Positions 13,474-23,860 of a stretch of DNA of 64,000 bases are shown here, piece after piece (positions within the stretch are counted from its first letter, which is position 1; every line of letters starts with the position of its first letter). Under the pieces are notes generated by a model. It was not told where the DNA came from. It did no database searches and saw nothing but the letters and a program-made list of their open reading frames with translations. Where the stretch lies: assembly GCA_015680685.1 (NCBI GenBank), contig MNCI01000307.1:117549-181548 (forward strand), read 5' to 3'. Made by a program: the position numbers and the translations under genes. This stretch comes from Gnetum montanum (Eukaryota > Plantae > Gnetophyta).

Positions 13474-16250
13474 ATGGCACCCAAACCAAGGCATCCAAGG
13501 GGTGAAGGACCATCACAACCGAGGGATAAGCATCCACGAACGGGAAGGGCACGAGGCATGCAGCAACCAAAGCATGCGGAGGGCTCTCATGCAACTGGCC
13601 CCCTCCATGAAGGACCTGATGTGGAATATTTCCATCAGATTCCCGAAGAGGAGATGCTAAGCAAGCAATCGCAAGGAGATGAAACTTCAGGGATAGCACA
13701 ACGACTTGAGGTCACCCTGACCCAAGCCTGTTTTGATGCTATCAAGCTACGAGACGTGCAACAGATGATCCTACAAGAGCTAAAATTTGGACCATTTCTC
13801 AAAAATGCACCAGAAGATGTGAGACTTCAGTTGCAAAGTTCTCCTATGTGGTCAATCATCACAACTAGTGGTGAATAGTACCTAGGAGAAACCTACCTCT
13901 TCTGGAAAAATCGACAACTAGGGTCTAGTGTAAGAATCAAAGACATATATGTTTCTTACTCTATAGAGGTAATAGTGCAAGCTCTGGGGTTACCAAAGAT
14001 TGGAGCAGATGTGGCAAAGATCCCAAAACAAGTAGATCCTAAGTTAAAAGGGGAGTAGATCAGGCGATGCTATGGGGTTGACTACAAGGAGTTTGGCTCT
14101 CTAACCACCACAGAGAGGGTGTATTCAAAGATCGCGTCTTATCACCTAAATCTAATGGTAAGACCCAATAAAATCAAGGCCTTCTCTACTCGTGCATGTG
14201 TTGCTCTAAGTGGAAGACCAGCTCTCCCCTTCCCCAGCCTGATCAGAAAATTGTGCAAATGGGCAGGGATAGCACGTTACGCCAATGATACACTCGAACA
14301 CACCCCAATTACCTCATGGCATGAAATGATGAAGGATAGAACTCCTAACACTACACAGAAGGAGGAAGAGAAGTAAGCACCTGCACAAATGCCAAGGTCG
14401 GGTTCGCAGACTACTATAGAACACATTCACGAAATCTAAAAATTGCTCTTGAGCGAGCAAGAGTAACTTGGCAGGACTGGTGAAGGGGAAGACCCTTCAG
14501 TTTATCGCCCTGCAATGTGCCACCTAGAGCAAGTGGCTTGATCAGTCATTTTGTTAGAAAGAGCAGAGCTGATGTTCTTCGTCGCCCAAACACAAGTGCT
14601 AGCAAGAATGAATCCTAGGATCTGAGAGGTAACAGTATCAACCCAATAGCTATTTCTTGAAATTTCAGGGAATGTTGCTACCTTCTCAATACACTTAGAA
14701 GATGGTGAAGAGGTGACAGTACTGGTGATGTAGCACCCAGGATAGGAGATTGTGGCCAAAGTGATTGCTGATACAATTGCTATGGTTCTCAATGCATTAG
14801 TAGTGCCTATACTAGATGTACTTGGGCTTCAATATATACAGGCATCCACCAGAACTTCACGTAGCAGGATTGATGCAGCACAACATGAAGAACTATTGGA
14901 CTAATTGGTGGGAACTAGGCAACCACTTTCGAATGTCTTTGACCTTCCAAATAACATCACTGCAACCCAGTCAGAGCTGCTTTCGACAAGGAGTAAGAGC
15001 CTCATTTTGGAAAGGCAACGTAAAGCTGCTCAAGCCACTTGTCAATGCTTTGCAATAGAAGTTACCCAATTAAGAATCCAACTTGTCAATCCAGCTCTCC
15101 TCAACCATGAGATCACCAGAGATGAAGCTTTTCAACAACTTTAGGTTAAACTTCAGATAGCTGAAGATGAGTGAGAGTCGACGATCTTTGATAAGGCCTT
15201 CGCAGACACTTAGACATATCATTTAGACAAGGACTTGATAGAGGTTTGCTAGGAGAACGTCAGGTTGACCGAGGAGGTCCATTGCCTACATAATATTGGT
15301 GTTGAAAATAAGCACATGAAAACTTTTATTCGCCAATAGCATGAAGAGCAAGCTAGGGTGAGTGCTAATGTAAGAAGGTTGGCCACTAAGAACCAAAATC
15401 TATCCATGGAGGAGGTTCGAACTCTCTGACAGAAATCTACAATTGAAATTTCCACTTAGAATAACGAGGCCTTGAAATATGAAAAATTCAAAAATCATTA
15501 CAGGGACCAAGTGGGATTGCAAAAAGAGGTAAACGAAAAACAGATTCAAGTCGCAAAGGCTAAAATGAACCAAGCACTCCAGCAGCTCCAAGGAGGAGGC
15601 AAGGTATGACAACCTATCTTGAATGGGTTGAATGCCTACAATCAAGCTAAAATCTACCTCAAAGAGTTGTAGATTGAGGAAATGATAGAATATATGGAGC
15701 TTGCCAACCTTCGCTATGAAAACCTGGCCATGCTCATAGCTGAGAGACCGCGGTCTGAATTGGAGAAACAAGTGGCCACCTCGTATTCTCTATATGAGGG
15801 CGAGTTCCAAGTGCACAAAGCAACAAAGAAAAAATTGGAAGCAGCAAATGTGGAACTCAAGGTTCTCCACACAGGATTTGAAGGACAACGTATGGTCACA
15901 GAGTACTTGTCTCATTGAATGACTGACTACTAGTAGCTGCAAACATCAATTCAAGCATTGAACATCGAATGGAAACAATTCGCAGCCTGGTTTGTCAACT
16001 TGAAAGAACTCTTCCCCACGCTGTCGTGCCCTTGGTAGGTTTCAATCCCAGTGCATATTTGTGAAGCTTCCTGGATGGTGAATGATCCTTGAAGCAAGGA
16101 GGAGAAAATGAGGGCCCTTATGGAGGCTTTCCGGTTGCCTCCAAAAGTTGTAGCTACTACGGGAAAGCCATCATTTATGCCACCACCATCGCATGGGCCA
16201 AAGGCTGGAGAAGGTCTATCAGAACTACTGCCACTAGGATGGTGTGATCT
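13474..16250 (+). pseudogene. Extra ORF (ORF3, env-position) of element A: plant-transposon-protein-like domain plus long predicted coiled coil
   Basis: Starts MAPKPRHPRGEGPSQP. Contains GETYLFWKN..VSYSIEVIVQALGLP and LPFPSLIRKLCKWAGI. E/K/Q/L-rich heptad-like region at ~14900-16000. Colinear homolog in element B at 53304-56170. Confidence 0.8.
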
Positions 16251-16496
16251 TCTCCAAAAATGTTTGCATTCTTCTACACGATAGAGACTCTAGGACCAGC
16301 AAGGTGTTCAATTTTATCTCTGAACACCATCATTTTTGTAATTTATCCTTCTATGTACACTCGGGCACTTGGTAAAATTGATGTTGTGTCATGTGTGTGT
16401 GTCAGGTCATGTGTTTTTGTCAAGTCATGTGTGTTGTAAATAAAAGTCCCTACCTTCCAAATTATAGAGGAACTCAAGGACGAGTTTTTACTCAAT

Positions 16497-16506
16497 CGTG
16501 GAGGTA
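16497..16506 (+). promoter_or_regulatory. Polypurine tract region of element A
   Basis: ...tcgtggaggta lies immediately before the 3' LTR. The preceding gaactcaaggacgag..tcaat is conserved in element B (reverse complement of 53074-53110). Confidence 0.65.
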
Positions 16507-17449
16507 TGATGAAGTGTTTGATGGTCACTGCGTCTATTAGGCCACATATACGGGACCCCATATATGCAGCCACATCGATGTGGCCCCATATACGTGGTCC
16601 CATCGATGCATCCTTCCATGCATTGACATGGCCCCATTTACACAATGCCTTTTTCAGCCTATAAATAAGTGGGCTCCCGCCACACTTATTTACCTTTCTT
16701 GTCAATTATAGCAAAGCTCTTGTGGTTTGTTCCCACGAGAGTTAGAATATTTTCTAAGTGCCCGCAGTAGGTGTAAGGAAGGTTTCGGGCTCTTTATTCG
16801 AGCGCTAAAGTATCTAAGCCCATTAGCATGAATGGCAATAAAGACGAGCTTTCAAGCATTCATTGCAGCATATGGACTTAGTCATTTAATGCATTTATTA
16901 GCTTGATATTTCTATGTTTTGATAATTACTTAAGTTTCTCTTATTATTAGTTTAATTTCTATTGCTCATTCATAGTTCATAGAAACCATAAGTACGACCA
17001 TCTCGAACGTAAACCCAACACTTGATAACCTAGTGACATTTAATGTTTGGTAACCTAATAGTGGTCAGGGGATGCTCAGAACGTGCCCAGAATATGGGAT
17101 CAGATACTTATGCTAGGAATAGTTAGGATATAGATTAGGATAAATATAGATTAGATGATATTTCATTCCTTACGTTCCATACCTTAATTAGATGTCAAAA
17201 GATAAAGTAAAAAGCCATAAAAATTAATTGCCTCAATATCACTTAACCATAGCCACTAGAACATCACAAGTGAGATTGGGAAGACAACAACTATTCTAAC
17301 CCAAGGTTTTGCTAGTCAGGGTCTAATGTATGCAAAGTGCTTACAATCTACGGAATTCGACCGAGTTCCGTGTGAATGCCCGTGATTCGTATGGTTGGGT
17401 GTAGGGGTGATTCGTATGGTTGGGTGTAGGGGTACCTAGCCGCTCATTA
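16507..17449 (+). repeat. 3' LTR of element A
   Basis: Begins tgatgaagtgtttgatgg. Carries an extra tandem copy of gtgattcgtatggttgggtgtaggg near its end and an extra U3 motif copy relative to the 5' LTR. Confidence 0.95.
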
Positions 17450-18049
17450 CTTAGTATTTAGACTAATGTTATGGCCTATACTTGCAAAAAAATTTAGTGA
17501 GTTTTTTATGCTAAAGTATAAGTGATGTTTAAAACTTAAAATAAATTTATGTTCTTAAAAGTAATTAAATCTTTGAAAACACTTCTCAATGAAGCATATA
17601 ATTCTTTAACTACTCTAATATGAAAAGCAAGGATTGTGATATAAAATTCATGAGTAATAAGCTTATACATAAGCATGATATCAATAAATGAATTTCTTTT
17701 TTGTAGGGTGGAAAAGAGAGAAAGGATTGGACAAAGAGAATTGATAAAATACCATTGAATATTAAATTTTGAGACTTGCAAAACATTGTAAATAAAACTG
17801 ATAGACCATGATTCTTGCAAACCAACCAAAATATCATTGCTAAAGATATTTATATGATATAATAATCATTATTCAAAATAATGTAATTTATCAAAACATT
17901 CAACTCCTAACAATACAAGTATATATTTCAACATAAATTAAATAACAAAATACATCAAAATCATCTAGGTACTCAATAAAAAAAATTTATTAATAGCATT
18001 ATCAAAATTTAAAAAATTAATCTATGTTTACATAATCCAAATCACTAAT

Positions 18050-19240
18050 TCTAAATGTAAACTTCTACCCCTCATCCTTCCATAACTTACTATAATCTTG
18101 AAATCTAAATTTTTCATTTCCATCAAAAAGTTTCAAAAGTTTTTGATAATATCTTCATCATTGCCATCATTAAGCATGGTAACCTTAGCATCATACAAAG
18201 ATTCTCTTTTGCTTTTGTATCCATTTGACAAATGTTGAATTCCATCATGGCTATAAATATAATATCTTTGATTAAAATTTTTATTTGACAAGTCATGTCC
18301 TATAAATTTGTTTAATATACCAGCTGCAACAATATTGTCATGATGTTTGAAACATAATTTTAAAAAAGAGCTATCATTTTATAATTTTAATTGTTGAGGG
18401 GAAACATTGTATCTTTCAGCATCTCTACAATCTAAATTGAAACTTTTTTTTTCCTTTCAACGGTAAGTAATATTCCTGCAGAATTTAAAGACATTATGTT
18501 TGTTAAAACTACAAAACTAATATACAAACACATACTTTTTATAACACTTCATTTCATATTTTTTTACATAAAGAATACAATGTGCATCTACACAAGTAGG
18601 ATGATTAGTGTTACTTCCATGTATTATTTTTTTTAGAGTCTCATATGACAATTGTCCTAAATAAAGATAACATATTATTGTTTTTTAGAAAACACCTATA
18701 CATATAAAATAATCATAACATACATCTAGTATAGCATACTCACCATCATACAATGATTCTTTATTGTTTTTATATGCATTTGCTAAATGTTGATTTTCAT
18801 CACGATTATAAAAATGATAACTTTGATCAACATTTCTATTTTATAAGTCATATGCTATATAACTATTTTGTGTAGCACCAACAACAAATTTTCTATGATA
18901 TCTTATACATGATTTCTTCAAATACTCGTCATTTCCTACTATTACTTGTTCACAATAAATACTAGTTCTATAAACATTTGTGGAATCAGAATGCAAATTC
19001 TTTTTTGCCTTTAATAGTAAGTGACATTTCTACACAATTTTAAGTGATTATATTAATTCAAACTATATAAGTTACATACAAATATGTACTATTCATAACA
19101 CTTTGTTTTTTATAGTATTTTTACCTAAACATTATGTTGTGCATCTACATAAGTAGGTTGAGTACTATCACATTCATGTATTATCTTTTTTGAACTCTCA
19201 CTTAATAATAATCCAAAATAAAGAAAACATATTACTTAAT
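18050..19240 (-). pseudogene. Unknown protein with two tandem homologous domains, each split by an intron at the same position
   Basis: Copy 1: ICFLYFG..ESSKKIIHE..PTYVDAQ|..NRNVDQSYHFYNRDENQHLANAYKNNKESLYDG. Copy 2: ICYLYLG..ETLKKIIHG..PTCVDAH|..NKNFNQRYYIYSHDGIQHLSNGYKSKRESLYDA. The copies are ~550 bp apart. Confidence 0.65.
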
Positions 19241-19249
19241 TATATGTAT

Positions 19250-20405
19250 AAAATAAACAAAACATATACCATTTATTTGAAGTATTTTCCCACTTGTCAT
19301 AAACCTCTGTTCAATCTCACTACATAAAATTCTTTTTGAATATTTGCTCTTATCTTCCTATTACTTTTTCTATAGCATTTTTTCCTTGTTTTTGGTCACT
19401 TTATTTCCACCACATAAAAAAATATTTTGAATAATTTCTTGCCTAATTATATTTTGTCACATAGTTTTCACATTTTTTAGAAGTGTGGGCTTTAAAAGAT
19501 AATGACATGCTCCAAGCATAATTTCTTTGTTGATAATGTCTTTATTTTCAACAATAGACATTACTAAGCAACAAAAAGAATATTAAAATATATACATATA
19601 TCTACATCAAATTACTTCACCTGCAATATATCAAGAAAATTACCTATTAAAAGTATTCTTATTTTTTTAGGTATTTTTATTTTTTTTATAACATACTTTG
19701 CTATGTTGAATCTATGTTTAAAAAAACTATGTGCTCATCAATAACAATGAAATTAAACATATTTACTTCTTTCTTCAATACATCCAAGCATTCATCTCCT
19801 TAGCACAACTTGTAACTGAAAAATAAATAAAAATTTATTTCTAAAAATTTTAAGAAAAAATTCATACTATTAGCTTTAACAAAACAACACATAACCATAC
19901 CTTTATAATTACAAGATTTGAACCTTTTTTTTTTTTACACCAATAAACAGAAAACATGATGATCGACAATAAGAACATGAACTCCATGTAAACCATCATT
20001 ATATTTTGTGCTAATTCCATGACATTATGATATTTACTATGTCTACAATCATGTGCAACTCTTTTATATAGATAATCCTGGCAACAACTTCGAAAAACAC
20101 ATAACAAGAAATAGCTTTAAATCATAAATGTCTACTACAATTTACAAAGTGCATAGTATGTGTCCCACTTATCCATTATTTCATGTTAGTATAATTGAAT
20201 TTTTACTTTTCAATTAATACATCCAAATCTACCACTATCAACATTATTATTATAACAATATATTCACATCTTTTGTGCAACCTAGCATGCTCAAAATTCT
20301 CAAATCACATCTTCCATTGACGATTCTAAAACCACCTTTTTATACACTCATTATATTGGGAATATAATGGTTATAACACTAAACTCAACGAGAAGATAAA
20401 ATCTG
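19250..20405 (-). pseudogene. Further decayed minus-strand exons of unknown function (possibly the 5' part of the tandem-domain gene)
   Basis: GT/AG-bounded segments. Frames such as ECIKRWF*NRQWKM*FENFEHARLHKRC and HEIMDKWDTYYALCKL..LCVFRSCCQDYLYKRVAHDCRHSKYHNVMELAQ. Confidence 0.4.
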
Positions 20406-20893
20406 CTAGTTATATGTCACAATTGCTTTGTCATGTTACATCATTGTTCTATAACATTATCATAATGCAAACCTAACATATACTTAATAAGTTATAACTG
20501 ACACTGAATAACAACAAACATGTCAAACATCAACTATAAGATCTTGTTCTTTTTTCATTGAATGACATAACCATACTCTACATACTAATTGCACACACTA
20601 TACAAATAAAAAACATAGTTTAAGTAGTGTAGATTTAGAAGGCTCCCACAACGAAGAACTCAACATAAGAGTACACTAACTTCTAAATTCATATTTTACT
20701 ACATAAACACTCACAAAATCTATCTTATGCTTGTTTTGATTTTTTAGTTTTATAGTTATTATTTAAAAACATCATCAAAATTTAGCATCCTATTAAGTTC
20801 TATATCAATAAATTTTCTTTGTCCTAACTTGTATTTTCTTCTTTATTTCGATAGATTTAAAAAAAAGAATATAAATAGATCATATTTTATTAG

Positions 20894-21670
20894 GGAAGCT
20901 TGGCAAGAGGAATCTTCCCATCTACTAAGGAATTGTGATAGTGGAGATCTAGATGAATGCATGTCACCCATTGTAATGAAAGCTCATTTTCAATGATATG
21001 AAGCTACTTTGAGAAACTTTGTCTATGAATCCAGGTTGCATTAGCAAAATGAAATATCTAAGTATGAGCAAATTAATTCATTGATAAATTATTGCCACAA
21101 AGTATATGTTTGAATTCAAAACATGAGAAACATGACAAATAATTAGTGGTTGTGGCCATTTTATAAATTTTGAAATTTATGTTTGTATTATGAAATTGAG
21201 GTTACTTCATTTAATATACCTAACAATGCATGGTTTGAATGGTTGAAAGATTTTGGTCATAATCCATATTTGATGATAGAAAATTCTTCCTCTTTTGTTC
21301 AAGGTGCAAATCATAGTGATTATTTTTTGTATATGGATCCCAAAGTTAAAAATATATACACAAACAAGTTTGGTTAGCCAACCATGAGTTATTACTTATT
21401 TTCCACTATAGAAAGAAGATATGTCACTTGTAGTCTATCAAGATTTGCTTTTTATCAAGTAGTGTATACAACAAAAAAGTGGGATATAAGTTACTTTTGG
21501 AAAACAATGTGTAGGCTAATAATACAACTTCATCTTTCACATATAATTTATGCATATTGAATATTCAATTTAATGGTGGACTAACATTGGAAGACCTGTA
21601 ACATGCACTCCATCAAGTGTTGTTGGAAAGTCCTTATGGTGGAGATTCTGATTATGATGAAGATCCATAA
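20894..21670 (+). pseudogene. Decayed ~260-codon terminal exon of an unknown gene
   Basis: Acceptor ttattag at 20887-20893. One frame runs from 20895 for ~225 codons in very AT-rich DNA with only TGA/TAG stops, which CGA/CAG/TGG transitions would explain: EAWQEESSHLLRNCDSGDLDEC...IPNNAWFEWLKDFGHNPY...KKWDISYFWK. After a frameshift it ends ESPYGGDSDYDEDP*. Confidence 0.65.
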
Positions 21671-22089
21671 ACTTTAGCATATATTTTGTCTTGTAATGTT
21701 AATAAAATGAGTATCCCTTTCTCTTTATGATTATGTTCTATTTCCAATAATTACACTTGTTTCATGTGATACTACATATGCTTAATAAATAAGGACAACA
21801 TATTATCTTTTTTGTGAGGATTACTAATAAATATACATAGGTCTTTACATTAGCAATAATATAATACCACCAACTACTAAGAAAATAGACACTTTGTCAT
21901 ATGACTAATTATTCCCTTTTGCTAATATCTTTAAGGTAAATTCATAGCTACTTATAGTCATTAAGTACAACCAATGCAAGAGCCTAGCTTGTGCTTTGTT
22001 TAGATGGTTCTAATCTAGTTTCGAGTGAAGATGGTGGATGTTTTGATTGACATAGGAGCTAGCCAAAATTTTCTTCAACCAAAATATTT

Positions 22090-23185
22090 TTTTAAAATCC
22101 AAGCTATTGTCTCTTCATTCTTGGAAAAATTTATTAGATGCATAATTTATAAGATTGAGAAAAATAGAGAAAAAATAAATAAAAATATATGCAATTTGTC
22201 AGTACTATTTCCATACCAAAAGCTTACTTATTAACTTTCTTGAACAAGTCTTTGTAAAAAAGATATTATGATCTTAACTACTAATAAAACCATCATTCAT
22301 TGCATGATCTAAAAACGTCAATAGAAAGTCATAATAGCCCTCAACATTTAACAACCCAACCTGAAAATAAATAAGAAAAATTATTAGCTAATTTTTAACA
22401 TTAATGATGATAAATTATGCCTAATGTTATAACATCATAAAACATACTAACTTGTTATGAATTCCAAGTTGTCTCCAACTAATAACCTCCATAACCTCTT
22501 CCATGGTTCTAAAACCACCTCGTAATAAGAAAATAAAATTATGTTAACTACAATGGAATACATTAAATATTACAAAATGAAAAAAAAAATATAACAACTA
22601 CCTGGTAAAGTAATAAAGGCATTTGAGTACTTTATCATCATTTCTTTCCTCTTGTGAATAGTATTAACAATATGAACATTGCTAATTATTTTACCAATGA
22701 TCTGTGTAGTAAAAATCACAAAAAAAAAAGACTTAAACTATTAGTATGATAGGCACAAGTACACTACACTAACAAAAGATGACTATTAATGGAATAGTAC
22801 CTACTTCAATGCAAGAAATTTTGGTACCACTTCGTTATTCAAGATACAAATAATAATCAAATAATAGGTTCATGAGGAAAATACCTTAATAAGAATCCAA
22901 AGTCATAATCTTATCCAATAACATTTCCTCCTTTGCTAAAAATAGTGTCAACTACTACAACCATTATCTCAATGCTTCCTCATCCATATATTAATTTTAT
23001 CTTTCTTCCAACCTTCATACCAAAACTACTAAGTTAAATAAACAAAAACATATAAATTTATTATACATACCTTGAAAATTAAAAACAACTAACATTACCA
23101 TTTCTAATCCAACTTTTTTAATAGCATTTTCAAATCTATTATGCTTACATAACTTACTTCCACAGAAAACACAAATTCTTGTCAT
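22090..23185 (-). pseudogene. LOG: LONELY GUY-family cytokinin riboside 5'-monophosphate phosphoribohydrolase, spliced, pseudogenised
   Basis: Exons: 23185-23099 (MTRICVFCGS..VGLEM); 23012-22915 (VGRKIKLIYG*GSIEIM..GGNVIG); 22831-22801 (VVPKFLALK*); 22701-22602 (..IHKRKEMMIKYSNAFITLPG); 22518-22448 (GFRTMEEVMEVISWRQLGIHNKL); 22360-22217 (VGLLNVEGYYDFLLTFLDHAMNDGFI..); probable last exon from ~22147. Internal exon lengths 98/31/100/71/144 nt have consistent phases. Three in-frame stops in exons 2-6 and some mutated splice sites. Confidence 0.92.
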
Positions 23186-23860
23186 GTCACTATCCTCATA
23201 ATGATTTCTCCTTGTTTGCAACCATTACTATATTTTCTAACAAAATATTTGATCTACTTCTCAAGCACAACAATAACATTGTATCGATACATTCCAAACT
23301 TCAATAATGTAACCACTTATTAGTTATGATAGCATGACTACATCAATGACACCAAGGACATTGTATCTATGCATGCCACAAAGAAAGCCCTCTAATAATG
23401 TTACCAATTATCAAACATATCATCAATTGCAATTAAAGCATTATTTCACTAAACATGTTTGTCTATCTTTTTCGTACTTTCCATGCTACCTTTCTTCTCC
23501 AATATGCCATGTCTCCATTATGTAGGCCTTTATGTAACAATCTTTGTGTAAACATTTCTCTCTCTTCTATCTTTTGAATAGAAACCAAGCTATAAATTTA
23601 CTGAGGTGACTTTTAATGCAATCCTTTACTACAGCAATGTTAGTATATGCATCACTCATAGATTTTAGTCCCTCTCATGTTAGCTACCATGCAAATCTAT
23701 CACAAATTTTCATAACAGTGCTTTCATAATCATTTTAAGTATTAACTACTTGATGAATATTTTAGATACTTTTCTAAAAACTCAAATTCCAACCTCATTT
23801 TAGTTGATGCCCCAGATAAAGGTAGAAATAAACACCAACGATAGTTGCTATGACAAAGAA
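23186..23860 (-). pseudogene. Decayed coding segment in frame with and upstream of LOG (possible fused N-terminal domain)
   Basis: The frame continues from LOG exon 1 without a splice site: ..NALIAIDDMFDNW*HY*RAFFVACIDTMSLVSLM*SCYHN**VVTLLKFGMYRYNVIVVLEK*IKYFVRKYSNGLQTRRNHYEDSD-MTRICVFCG. Confidence 0.45.

Larger units (their letters stand above)
4188..17449 (+). mobile_element. Full-length Ty3/gypsy LTR retrotransposon, Athila-like, with extra 3' ORF (element A)
   Basis: Two ~0.9 kb LTRs with TGATGA...TCATCA termini (outer ends mutated to TA). 5-bp TSD CTTAG at 4183-4187 and 17450-17454. tRNA-Asp-like PBS. Domain order PR-RT-RH-INT. Confidence 0.95.

Noticed and set aside
21183-21377. Trp-rich motif reminiscent of Florendovirus ORF2
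   Set aside because: No caulimovirid MP/CP/RT nearby. The segment is better explained as part of a spliced exon starting at 20894.
22025-22234. Plus-strand ORF with VLIDIGASQNF resembling a retroviral aspartic protease
   Set aside because: It overlaps the antisense of the LOG 3' exons and has no flanking gag/RT or downstream protease motif, so it is probably chance.
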